DNA of 64,000 nt, taken from contig NW_021832270.1 in assembly GCF_006345805.1 (NCBI RefSeq), positions 1 to 64,000 on the forward strand. The letters are read 5' to 3'. Shown one piece after another: positions 50,831-63,060 of the stretch. The first letter of the stretch is position 1, and the number at the start of each line of letters is the position of its first letter. Source of the stretch: Octopus sinensis. Lineage: Eukaryota. The notes below the pieces were generated by a model, which ran no database searches, had not been told where the DNA came from, and saw only the letters and a list, made by a program, of their open reading frames with translations. Both the position numbers and the translations under genes were made by a program.

Positions 50831-51195
50831 TCTTCTTTTTCATCACTTCATTCTTCTTCTTCTTCATCATCACTTCTTGTTCTTCTTCTTCATCACTTCT
50901 TCTTGTCTTCTTCATCACTTCTTCTTCTTCATCACTTCTTTGTCTTTTTCTTCACTTCTTCTTCTTCATCACTTCTTCTTCGCTTCTTCTTCTTCACTTT
51001 TTCTTCTTCTTCACTTTTTCTTCTTCATCATTTCTTCTTCTTCATCACTTCTTCTTCTTCACTTTCTTCTTCTTCTTCTTCTTCATAATTTTCTTCTTCT
51101 TCACTTTCTTCTTCTTCTTCTTCATAATCTTCTTCTTCTTCATTATTTTCTTCTTCATCATTGTTTTCTTCTTCTTCTTCTTCTTCTTCTCCTCC
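50825..51195. repeat. (CTT)n/(CATCACTT) microsatellite
   Basis: Seen directly in the sequence. Confidence 0.95.
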
Positions 51196-51642
51196 TTCAT
51201 TGAGTGTCTGCCATTCTGCACTTTTAAAAAATAATAATAATAGAGTTATTAATATAACTCCTTCCCCCACCCTACCCCTACCTCCAGTACTTAACTGCTC
51301 CTTATTTTATCAGACGTCCCCCCACAACACCACCACCACCACCACCACCACCACCACCACCAGTGCAGAATGCAATATCCAGTGCAAGGCATTAAACTTA
51401 CAAGGGGTGGTTTGCTATATTGATACAGGGTGGGAGAGTGTGTGTGGGTGGGGGTGGTGGTGGTATATTGTGGTTGCTACATCATTTGTTGATCCCTGAG
51501 GGATGAAAAGGAAGATTGAAATGATAAAGAAAGAAAAGGAAAAAAAGAAAAAGAAAAAGAACCTTGCATGAAAGTTGAGTTTGAGAACTTGCAATGAATG
51601 GGCAATTTAGTCTGAGTACTATTGTAGCATTTCTGACAGTAA

Positions 51643-51778
51643 ATAATAATAATGATGATGATGATGAATGATGATAATAATAGTAATAATAATAATAATA
51701 GTAATAATAATAATAGTAATAATAATAATAATAATAATGATAATAATAATAATAGTAATAATAATAATAATTGTAATA

Positions 51779-51809
<31 letters not shown>

Positions 51810-51829
51810 TAGTAATAATAATAATAATT

Positions 51830-51862
<33 letters not shown>

Positions 51863-52189
51863 GTAATAATAATTGTAATAATAGTAATAATAATAATAAT
51901 AATAATAGTAATAATAATAATAGTAATAATAATAATAATTGTAATAATAGTAATAATAATAATAATAATAATAATAGTAATAATAATAATAGTAATAATA
52001 ATAATAATAGTAATAATAATAATAATTGTAATAATAGTAATAATAATAATAATAATAGTAATAATAATAATAATAATAATAGTAATAGTAATAATAGTAA
52101 TAATAATAGTAATAATAATAATAATAGTAATAATAATAATAATTGTAATAATAGTAATAATAATAATAATAATAATAGTAATAGTAATA

Positions 52190-52220
<31 letters not shown>

Positions 52221-52725
52221 TAGTAATAATAATAATAGTGATAATAATGATAATAATAGTAATAATAATAATAATGATAATAATAATAGTAATAGTAATA
52301 ATAGTGATAATAATGATAGAAGTATTAAATAATAATGATGATGATGACGACGATAGTAGTAGTAGTAATGATAATAATACTAGTTACACTGATAATGATA
52401 ATAATAGTAATGATACTAATAATAGTAGCAATAATGATGATAATGATAGTAATAGCAATAATGATAACGAGGCTGATGATGGTAAGAAGTATTAGTAGTA
52501 ATAATCATGTAATAAGAATGATATTAATAGTTATGGTGATGATGGTATTACTAGTAACAATAATACTAATAATAGTAATGATAACAGCAATAATAAAGAT
52601 AGTAATGATGTTGGTGATGATGATGATGATGAAATGATAGTGATGTTGATGATGATGATGATGATGGAAATACTACTACTAATAATAATAGTTATGGTGA
52701 TATCATTTGTAATAATAATAATAGC

Positions 52726-52757
<32 letters not shown>

Positions 52758-52792
52758 TAATAATAGTAATAATAATAATAATAATAATGATC

Positions 52793-52826
<34 letters not shown>

Positions 52827-52828
52827 TC

Positions 52829-52866
<38 letters not shown>

Positions 52867-52910
52867 GATCATAATAATGATAATATTAAGAAGAAGAAGA
52901 AGAAGAAGAA
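51643..52910. repeat. Compound (AAT)n/(GAT)n microsatellite region of about 1.3 kb
   Basis: AAT with AGT, TGT and GAT interruptions; source of the poly-N and poly-I ORFs. Confidence 0.95.
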
Positions 52911-53172
52911 TAGAAGTCAGATTGATATGGTTGTTGGAATAGTTAATCCGAGTAAGAGATTGAGAAGTGCCCATAGCCATGAGAGATGTTGCTAGACTGG
53001 GTGGTGGGTGGGGTTGGGGTCGGGGTGGAGAGTGGGGGAGAGAGGAAGAAGGGCAAGGGTTAGAAGTGATTGAGTGAGGTTAATGTAGTTCAGATTTGTT
53101 TTGAATTGTTGTTGATCTGTGGTTGGAGGGAATATGGAGGAATTGATGATCAGCCGAATATGTGTGTGTGTA

Positions 53173-53205
<33 letters not shown>

Positions 53206-53522
53206 GTGTATATATATATATTCACACACATATGCATGCATACACACAGACATACACATGTCTGTGGCCAGGGGAAAGAGAATGAATGTCTGAGTGTCTT
53301 TGTGCGCATGCACTTAAATATATACACGTGTGTGTGTATACATATATACATATATATATAATATATCCATACATGCCTGTATATATAGAGAGAGATACAC
53401 GTGTACTTTATATATATATAATATAATACATGTATTTGTGTGTGTGTTTGGTATGTTCATATATATATATGTATATATATTGTATTTATATATATATATA
53501 TAATATATTATATGTATAAATG

Positions 53523-53564
<42 letters not shown>

Positions 53565-53665
53565 TATGTATGTATATATATATATGTATTTATGTAATTT
53601 TATATTATATATATTATATATATATATGTGATTTATATATTGTGTGTATTTATTTATTTATTATA

Positions 53666-53721
<56 letters not shown>

Positions 53722-54343
53722 TATATATATATGTATGAAATGTCTGATGTAAATGTATGGTGGTTGTTTGTTCTTAGCAGTTATACGTGTATGCTTTACA
53801 GCTATGTGACAAAACAACACAACTGACGAAATGGCAAGATCGCAAAATAACAAAAAACTTTTGACTGTAAGCCCTTGTTGACTGGTTTAATTGTTAATCT
53901 CTACTATGCAGACGCATGAATGTAGGTGTGTGCCAATTTGTGGTGTATTCATCAGCCAGCACTGAGATGCCTCTGTTTACATATCCACTTTATACTGAGC
54001 GGGGCACACACGTGCTTATGTATGTTACCTCTGGTTTCATGTCGGAAGTAGAGCCTAGGTACGGACTGTAATTAATCTTACATTTCATCAACTCTGGTTG
54101 AATAATAATGAAAAACGTGGGCTTGGTCTCTTAAGGGTAACCATAGGTCCTCCATAGGATTATTCCTTATATGGTACCAGTGGTAGCCTGCACATAAATA
54201 ATTCTGTTATATTCAATATACATGTGTGCGTGTATGTATGTATGTGCGTGTGTGTGTATATGATATATATATATATATATGAAAATAGTAATGCAATACG
54301 AGAGTATTGCTTTCCAGTAAAGGATAGCCCGTAAGGGTAAAAT

Positions 54344-54563
54344 TATATATATAAAAGTAAATAAATGGCACAACGAAGCACCGATATTTACTGGAAAATA
54401 GCGAACGTAATAAATACGATGCTAATGTATAGCTTCACTGCGTATATACTAGTAAAGACGCGTGTGTGCAACAAACATGAAAAATATTGTCTTACCTCTA
54501 GGAAGAACATTTTCCAGTAAATATCGGTGCTTCGTTGTGCCATTTATTTACTTTTATATATAT
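54344..54563. mobile_element. (TA)n-flanked element with about 55-bp inverted ends
   Basis: ataaaagtaaataaatggcacaacgaagcaccgatatttactggaaaat is inverted at 54509-54563. Confidence 0.75.
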
Positions 54564-54575
54564 ATATATATTACG

Positions 54576-54839
54576 TTGCAGCATCAAAGGTGTTTATAAG
54601 CCATTTAAGAAACACACAAAAACCATTAGATTCACTTCAACATTTAAATTTAATTTGTCAAAATATTTTCGTTGCTTTGACAAAATTCCGGGCTACATGC
54701 AGCACAGAATTTTGTCAGTGAATAGGTCGAGGTCTCAAAGAGACAAAAATATTTTGTCAAATTAAATTTAAATGTTGAAGTGAATCTAACGGTTTTTGTG
54801 TGTTTCTTAAATGAGCTATAAACACTTTCCACGCTGCAA
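54576..54839. mobile_element. Long inverted-repeat element; a single-arm relative lies at about 57070-57240
   Basis: catttaagaaacacacaaaaacc(a/g)ttagattcacttcaacatttaaatttaatttg(t/a)caaaatattttt is mirrored; the tail gcacacgatctcag.tca..tcac.tgctatgc is shared with about 57195. Confidence 0.75.
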
Positions 54840-54911
54840 TTCTTTTCGTTCTGGCACACGATCTCAGTTCAGGTCACATGCTATGCAAGTACATCTCTGT
54901 AATATATATAT

Positions 54912-54946
<35 letters not shown>

Positions 54947-54990
54947 AAAAACTTAACTGTTGACAAAGGGCATGTGGCGTTCGATTATAG

Positions 54991-55143
54991 ATAATTAAAA
55001 GTAACATTAAGTACAGGACATCACTAGTGAGTAAAAAATATGTTAACACACGAGAGATAAGTATGTTCTGTACTCATGTTGGTGTGTTTATGTATTCTTC
55101 ACTCACTGGTGATGTCCTGTACTTAATGTGTATTTTAATTATA
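54991..55143. mobile_element. (TA)n-flanked element with about 42-bp inverted ends
   Basis: aattaaaagtaacattaagtacaggacatcactagtgagt / actcactggtgatgtcctgtacttaatgtgtattttaatt. Confidence 0.65.
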
Positions 55144-55149
55144 TATATA

Positions 55150-55184
<35 letters not shown>

Positions 55185-55187
<3 letters not shown>

Positions 55188-55349
55188 CGTAGGAGTGGCT
55201 GTGTGGTAAGTAGCTTGTTACCAACCACATGGTTCCGGGTTCAGTCCCAACCGCGTGGCACTTGGGCAAATGTCTTCTACTATAGCCTCGGGCTGACCAA
55301 TGCCTTGTGAGTGGATTTGGTAGACAGAAACTGAAAGAAGCCCGTCGTA

Positions 55350-55380
<31 letters not shown>

Positions 55381-55590
55381 GTTCGTGTATCTGCGTTTGT
55401 CCCTCCAACATCGCTTCACAACCGATGCTGGTGTGTTTACGTCCCCGTAACTTAGTGGTTCGGCAAAAGAGACTGATAGAATAAGCACTGGGCTTACAAA
55501 GAATAAGTCCCGGGGTCGAGTTGCTCGAATAAAGGTGGTGCTCCAGCATGGCCGCAGTCAAATGACTGAAACAAGTAAAAAAAGAAAAGA
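55185..55590 (+). mobile_element. tRNA-derived SINE, family E, full length
   Basis: Collinear with 9173-9592. Confidence 0.85.
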
Positions 55591-55668
55591 AAAATATGTA
55601 TATTGATATTAATGGTAAGACAACAAAAGAATGAAAGAGACCTCGATATTATGTAAATAGAGGAATTT

Positions 55669-55892
55669 ATCTGTAAAAGTAATACGTGACAATTATTTTG
55701 TAGCCACTTAGCAGTTATTCAAATAGCTGTTTTGTCTTAATAATGGTCAGTCACACAATGGTCATTTTTCATAGCATTTTTTCCGATGGCCGGATAACTG
55801 AAGAGATGGCGGCATGGATTTCCACCTCGGTATCCGAAACTTGGAACTTTATCATGGCTACCGAATAATTGTCACATATTACTTTTACAGAT
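55669..55892. mobile_element. Element with 38-bp inverted ends enclosing a decayed hammerhead-like motif (55793-55853, +)
   Basis: atctgtaaaagtaatacgtgacaattattttgtagcca is inverted at 55855-55892. Inside is GAUAA-CUGAAGA-GAUG...UAUCC-GAAA-CUUGGAAC-UUUAUC, with a defective stem III. Confidence 0.55.
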
Positions 55893-56010
55893 ATATATAT
55901 ATAGGAGAAGAAAATGTATATAATAACAAGGAGAAAATCATGGGTTTCATAGGTATGCCTTTAATTTAATTAGATAACAAAGAAGGAGGACTATATATAT
56001 ATATATGTAT

Positions 56011-56241
56011 ATAACAATAATTAAGGGTTTAGCAACAAGTTGCTTAACCACATACCGAAAAATTTAGAAATAGCAGCCAAAAGACCGTTATTTCTTTATG
56101 CTGCAAAATATGACTCCACTGAGGGTTGTCTGTGGAGTCATAATTTTGTAGCGTAAAGAAATAACGGCCTTTTGGCTGCTATTTCTAAATTTTTGGGTAT
56201 GTGGTTAAGCAACTTATTGCTAAACTCTTAATTATTGTTAT
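56011..56241. mobile_element. 231-bp near-perfect palindrome, related to the 46420-46500 inverted repeat
   Basis: ataacaataattaagggtttagcaacaagttgcttaaccacatacc... is mirrored to 56241 around gagggttgtc. Confidence 0.8.
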
Positions 56242-56243
56242 AA

Positions 56244-56643
56244 TCTTTATATATAAAAGTCAAGTTGTGTGTCTGTCTTCTACGATTTAGATTCCTAACT
56301 ACTCCCACATTTTGCGGTGCAGTGTAACCAAAACCGGGTATCTTATAGTCGTGATTCATATCGAGCTCTTCTGGGTATTAGCACACGTCTACGATGAGTC
56401 TACGATTTAAAAAAAAAATTTACCATAATTTTTTCCCATTTTTAATGCATTTATTTGGCTATTATATAAGGGAAGTAACTCTCTAAAAATGTATTATTAA
56501 ATCTCAGAACGTAAAAAGCTACAGTAACCCCCCCCCCCTTTGTGGTTAGCCATATTGAGATGGCTATTATACTTTACATCTCTAAAAATGCTTATATAGT
56601 TATTTCCCTTACAAACCCGAGCAACACCAGGCGATACTGCTAG
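56244..56643 (+). mobile_element. Non-autonomous Helitron
   Basis: A|TC...gagcaacaccaggcgatactgCTAG|T; the 3' 60 or so bp are shared with 19826-20206. Confidence 0.8.
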
Positions 56644-56755
56644 TTATATATAAAACTTCTTGTATAAGTTTTTACCGAATATGGTTCCTTTCCATACCGA
56701 AACCACTTTGGTGAAATTTATTAATTATAAATTCATAATTTTTTACCCTAATCTA

Positions 56756-56791
<36 letters not shown>

Positions 56792-56892
56792 CAATTGAGG
56801 ATAAAATCTTAAAAGAAATATCAGTAGTCAGCGTGTGAAAAACCTCGTAAGAGAAAAAATCCGTAAATTCCTCCTCTTTGAAAATATTCATT

Positions 56893-57048
56893 TATATTAT
56901 ATTGAGGGTACTACTATTCGTAGATACCAACACGCTAGAAGAGGGACCAATGCGGTCAAAACTACTAAGTTTATTTTAGTAGTTTTGACCGCATTGGTCC
57001 CTCTTAGCGGTTGGTATCTACGAATAGTAGTACCCTCAATATAATATA
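56893..57048. mobile_element. About 156-bp palindrome next to (TA)n
   Basis: attgagggtactactattcgtagataccaac...gagggaccaatgcggtcaaaactactaa is mirrored. Confidence 0.8.
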
Positions 57049-57249
57049 TATATATATATATATACGTGAACAATTGCAGCGTGGAAGGTGTTTGTAAGAC
57101 ATTTAAGAAACACACAAAAGCCGTTCAATTCACTTCAACATTTAAGTTTAATTTGTCAAAAATTTTCGTCGCTAACATCCGTTTTTCATTCCAGCACACG
57201 ATCTCAGATCAAATCACTTGCTATGCGAGTACATCTCTGTTATATATAT

Positions 57250-57470
57250 ACGCGGTGGTATCAAAAGTTTCTTGGACTAGTTATATCTAATAAAAAATAA
57301 CTTGTTTACCTAAGTTTTAGCATCATCTCCTTCAAAATAGCCACCTTGCACAGCAACACACCAGTCCCAGCATTCCTGCCACTTTTGGAATCTGACATGG
57401 AAGTAATTTTCCCTAAGTGACTCAAAGACCTTCTGCAATTCATCTGGATCTCGATAACAGTGTTTTTGAG
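57250..57470 (-). pseudogene. Mariner transposase C-terminal remnant with adjacent decayed TIR
   Basis: Minus-strand translation RENYFHVRFQKWQECWDWCVAVQGGYFEGD matches the mariner C-terminus FQKW..RW..C....G.YFE. Confidence 0.75.
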
Positions 57471-58342
57471 ATCCTAGTATCCCAGGATTCCCTATTTGTC
57501 TTGGGCATGCTCAGGGAGTTTCAGCTCTATTCAGCATGCTAAAAAAGAGGGAAGAAAGACCTTTGTGTTATGGGTTGACTTGCTAAATACATTCGGACAG
57601 CTCCTATACTTTGAAACTACAAAGTACCAGATTGTTTTTGAATGCTGAGATTTGTGTCAGATTGTAGAGGAATTGGCTCCTGCAAGTCTAAAAGTGGCCC
57701 TCGACAGGCCGTATATCATGGCTGTGTGCTATGAGTCCATTAAGGAGTCGAGGGTTCAAGGCAATGCACATGTGTATATACATAAATGCCTGCATGTAAA
57801 TGCACAGAAATATGTATAATTAATGTGAATTACCGAGAGCATTCATGGCTCCACCTAGTGTAAGCAAAAATGTCCAAGATATATACTGAATGTTGCAACA
57901 GCGCCCCTATGACTCCACTAAGGAGATGAGGGCCCAAGGAAAAACATGCATGGGTGTGCAGTAAACACATGAACACAAGCATATCAACACACAAACACTT
58001 GTATAGTTGTGTGTAAAGTATTGTGGAAAATTGATGCAACAATTTCTTATTGTGGTCGAACAGTTTAATCTCGGAAGAAAAGCATTGTAGTGTCTAACGA
58101 CTTACAAACAACACACAAACAAACAATACCCAAATACACACAAACAATACATACACACACATACAAACACACACACACACACAATACACACGTACAAACA
58201 ACACACACACTCTCATACATGCATATATAAATGATATATACTCGCAGAAAAGAATATGTATGCGTATATATTATATACACACCCAGAAAATACATGTGTG
58301 TGTATACAAGCACGCACACACACATCCTGAAAATATAATTGC

Positions 58343-58378
<36 letters not shown>

Positions 58379-59142
58379 GAATACACCCTCACTGAAAAAT
58401 ACACACATTTTTTATGTGCACATATATATATATACATATATATCTATATTCTATATTATATATATATATATATATATATTATATTATATATAATATATAT
58501 ATATATATATATTAAATAAATGAATGAATATACAACCTCACTGAAAGATACATTTTTTTATGTGCATATATATATATATGTATGTATATATTCATAAACA
58601 CACACATTACACCCAGTTCTCTAGTCAATGAAATACAATCTTGTGTTATAATAGATATTTTATTACTTATATGTTAAGCATTATTACATTACTTCGTTTC
58701 ATTGTTTCTTATATAATTTTTCTTTTACAAAAAAAAAACACACCAAAAAAATACCATAAATATGTTAATACACCAAAAATTACTTTGGTCTTTATAACCT
58801 ACACTTTGCCATTAGTCATTAACGATAACGAGTGATGTGATAGGAATGAGGTATAATAAATATCAATGGTGAAAGCCATTTATGTTTATTGCTGTTGTTG
58901 TTGTTGTTTAGCTGTCAGAATTTTGGCAAAAATCAAATAGCCCACAATGAATCTTTTGTTTCCAGCCATGACTGTCCTGTCATTTTGTTGCCTGTGTAGG
59001 ACTACATATATATATATATATAAAGTTAAATGTGTCTTTTTTTTTTCTTGATGTTGTTCTTGTTGTTGCTTAACCTCGTGTCAGACCAATGACTACCTGT
59101 CTGTTTGTATATAGAGAGCCTTAAATGTCGTAGAAAGTTGAA

Positions 59143-59535
59143 CGTGTCATAAAGGGCTGCATGTGTCACAAGAGAGCTACATGTGCCACAAGAGGGCTGC
59201 ATGTGTCATAGAGGGCTACATATGCCGTGAGGGCTACGTATGTCATAGGAGGCTGCATGTGTGATAAGAGGGCTACATGTGATAAGAGGTCTACATGTGA
59301 TATTAGGGCTATGTGTGATAAGAGAGCTACATGTCATAATGGGGCTGCATGTGTTAGAGAGCTACACATATCATAGAGATCCACATATGTCATAGGGGCT
59401 GTATGTGTCTTAAGAGGGCTACATGTACCATATAGGGCTATTCATGTCAAAGAGACCCATATGTGTCAGAGAGGGCTACATGTTTTATAGGGTGCTACAT
59501 ATGCCAGAAGGCAATATCTGTCAGACAGCTACATG
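59143..59535. repeat. Degenerate minisatellite with a unit of about 20 bp
   Basis: Consensus close to atgtgtcataagagggctac, roughly 20 diverged units. Confidence 0.85.
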
Positions 59536-59767
59536 TGTAATACCATGTTGAGTATATGTAGATCTAATTGAATACACTTCCTCCAATTAACCCGCTTCAC
59601 AGCTCATTTGAAGGCTTGTGTCTCCTAGCAACTATTGCACATATGTTCAACATGCTCTTCCTCTTCTCTTTATCTTCCTACCCCTCCTCCTCTACCTCCT
59701 CCTACTAGTTCCTACAATAGGAGTTGAACTAAACTTTGTCTTTTCTTATCCAACAATGTAGTTACAT

Positions 59768-59799
<32 letters not shown>

Positions 59800-59899
59800 C
59801 AAACACACACACACACACATATACATATGTATACACAAATATACATATATTTATGTTTATGTACATATGTATTCATTTATATGTATGTATGTGTGTGTG

Positions 59900-59941
<42 letters not shown>

Positions 59942-60088
59942 GTATATATATGTATTTTTTTTCAATGTGTTCAAATAACATGGACAAAATAAATAAATAG
60001 TTACCAGGATAGCAAAAATTCACCTAAGTGCCAAGGATATTACAGCCTACTTATAAAGGTAGAATTTCCAGGGTTTTTGTATAACATG

Positions 60089-60313
60089 GATAAATTAAGA
60101 AATGAAGTCAAATGCAGGTGTTATTCAAGCCATTTATTCTTCCAACATATGTTTCGAAGAAAGCATTGAGATCATTCTGGAGGGAATAAAAATGCATTGT
60201 TTTACATCATCTTTATTCCCTCCGGAATAATCTCAATGCTTTCATCGAAACATATGTTGGAAGAATAAATGGTTTGAATAACACCTGCATTTGACTTCAT
60301 TTCTTAATTTATC
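60089..60313. mobile_element. 225-bp near-perfect palindrome
   Basis: gataaattaagaaatgaagtcaaatgcaggtgttattcaagccatttattcttccaacatatgtttcg... is mirrored; arms are about 105 bp. Confidence 0.85.
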
Positions 60314-60957
60314 TTTATACATGTGTATGTATATATGTATACACACACACACACACATTTATATATGCATATGTTTACATACTTATGTGCACATACACAT
60401 ATATTTACATATACATATGTGTGTATATATATATACACACATATATACAAGCACACAACACACACATGATGGTCATCCGCACAGGTTCCATGTATCAGAT
60501 TCCCTCATGAGGTGTTGGTTGGCCCAGGGCTGTAGTGGAAGGCACTTGCCCAGGGTGTCGCTGTGCAATGAAACTGAACCCAAGACTACTTATTTGGAAA
60601 ATGAGCTTTTTTAATTACACACCATTAGAAAGACCCTCCCCCCCATTACACCCCACCCCATGGTAAATCTTCCGTTCGACAGGAGACTAACAACATTGAA
60701 AATGAGAAATGCAGCAAATACGAATCTTCACAACTAACAACCTCATTGTATGACGATGATTTGGAGGAAGGACAGTGGCCGGAAGATGTGTGAGGGGCAG
60801 TTGGTGTGTTGTAGAAAGAATGGTTTACACCATTCCTGTTTGTCTGTCTGTTTGTATTTTACAACAGCACATTTCTCATCGCAATAACTATGTTCCTCTC
60901 ATCATTATCAGTTCTGATTATAATAATCTCTATAGAAAGAATTATATTTTGTCTGCT

Positions 60958-61034
<77 letters not shown>

Positions 61035-61468
61035 TCTCTCTCTTCTCTCTCTCTCTCCTTTTCTCTCTCTTTCTCTCTCTCTCTCTCTCATCTCGTCTTT
61101 CTCCTCTCTCTCTTTCAATCTCTCTCTTTCTCTCTCTCCATCTCTCTCTTTCTCTCTCTCTCTCTCCCTCTCTCTATCTCTCATACACCCCCCCCATCAT
61201 AGTTAATTCTGTCTGTCAGTCTAACTGTCCGTGTATGCCTGTTAACGCTGTTTAATAATCTGTTTCTGGTATAATCTGTTTAAATACAGCAATAATCACT
61301 AGACATAATTTTCAGCAATCTTTTTTTTCTCCTCTTCTCTTTTTAATTGTCTTTCTCTGTCAGCATGTCTTCATGTTTATTTGACTGTTTAATTTGACTG
61401 TCTGACTCTAATTATGTTATCCACCCCCTTACCCATCCATTCCGCCATCTTGTGTGTTTACCATTATA

Positions 61469-61499
<31 letters not shown>

Positions 61500-61651
61500 G
61501 TATTTTTATATCTACCCCTCTGTCTGTCTGCTGATCTATCAATTGAGCCACCAATCTTTCTTTCCACTCGTTAATCTACCTAGCTACCTGTCACTCTATC
61601 TACCTACCTACTGACCTACCTGCCTACCTACCTACCTACCTACCTACCTAC

Positions 61652-61830
61652 CTATTTCTTTACTACTCACAAGGGGCTAAACAAGGACAGACAAACGGAT
61701 TAAGTCGATTATATCGACCCCAGTGCGTAACTGGTACTTATTTAATCGACCCCGAAAGGATGAAAGAGGCAAAGTCGACCTCGGTGGAATTTGAACTCAC
61801 AACGTAACAGCAGATGAAATGTCTGTCTAC
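61652..61830 (-). mobile_element. Family A SINE, 5'-truncated
   Basis: Reverse complement of the family A body and tail. Confidence 0.8.
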
Positions 61831-61864
61831 TCACAACCTACTTACCTCACTGACCTTGAGCTAA

Positions 61865-62170
61865 TGTGGTGGCATATGACCTAGTTGTTAGAGCAGCAGA
61901 CTCACGGTCGAGGGATCGCGGGTTCGAATCTCAGACCGGGCGATGTCTGTGCTTTTGAGCGAAACACTTAGGCTCCACACGGCTCCGGCAGAAGGTAATG
62001 GCGAACTTCTGCTGACTCTTTCGCCACAACTTTCTCTCACTCTTTCCTCCTGCATCTTGCAGCTCACCTGCGATGGACCAGCATCCCGTCCAGGTGGGGA
62101 ACCTATATGCCAAGGAAACCGGGAAACCGGCTCTTATGAGCCAGGCATGGCTCGAGAAGGAACCTTGGGC
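61865..62170 (+). mobile_element. tRNA-derived SINE related to family C
   Basis: ggcatatgacctagttgttagagcagcagactcacggtcgagggatcgcgggttcgaatctc head; the 3' half diverges from family C. Confidence 0.7.
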
Positions 62171-62814
62171 TAACAATAACAACAATAACAACTACAAGAT
62201 ATAACAGAACTGTGAGTAATAAGGCATGTGCCATACAGACGTTGCATAAAGGAGATGACCCCTTAAATTTAGATCTGTCTCTTGTTCGCTTAAGGTTACA
62301 AACACCCAGTTATGAGAATGAGGGCTTCAGTTGATCTGATCAGTAGAACAATCTGCTCATGAAATTAATGTGCGAGTAGCTGAGCACTCCACAGGCACAT
62401 GTACCTTTGACGTAGTTCTCAGGGAAATTCAACTGAACCTTTCAGGTGAGATGACAAAGGACTGAAATACCTGATGCCTGGCCAAACTCAAGAAGACCCA
62501 TACTTTGCAGTATTAAGTGTTAAGACCGTTACTTCTGGTGATGTAAAGCAGTGGTTCCCAAACATTTTTTGGGCTTCTGCCCCCTTGACACCCAGGCTAC
62601 ATTGCTAGTACCCCATCCTAATGAACCATCACAAGCATAAACCTCTTTCTGAAGCAAATTCAAAGTAACTTGACCTAATGAACCTGTAATTTTTTTTTTT
62701 TTGCTTTTACATGAATTGCCCCTATTTCTACATGAATCACTATCCCATTTTCTTCAACGCCCTCTTGGAACTTTCCACCGCCCTCAGTGGGACATTGCTG
62801 TAAAGCACTTGTGC

Positions 62815-63060
62815 TCCTATTTCTTTACCACCCAGAAGGGGCTAAACACAGAGAAGGGGCTAAACACAGAGAAGACAAACAAGGACAGACAAACGAATTA
62901 AGTCGATTATATCGACCCCAGTGCGTAACTAGTACTTATTTAATTGACCCCGAAAGGATGAAAGGCAAAGTCGACCTCGGCGGAATTTGAACTCAGAATG
63001 TAACCGCAGACGAAATGCCACTAAGCATTTCGCCCGGCGTGCTAACGTATCTACCAGCTT
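62815..63060 (-). mobile_element. Family A SINE
   Basis: Reverse complement of family A, with a small duplication of gaaggggctaaacaca. Confidence 0.8.

Noticed and set aside
56672-56725. Hammerhead-like CCGAAUA...GAAA motif, and its relative at about 46370-46410
   Set aside because: G8 is missing in both copies and there is no convincing stem I or cleavage triplet.
56925-56975. CUAGAAGA-GGGACC..GGUC-AAAA hammerhead-like motif in the palindrome arm
   Set aside because: Both core segments are altered and stems I and III are not supported.
62548-62600. hAT-like terminus cagtggttcccaaac, and aggttgagaaacactg at about 45106
   Set aside because: Only single ends are visible, with no matching TIR or 8-bp TSD.
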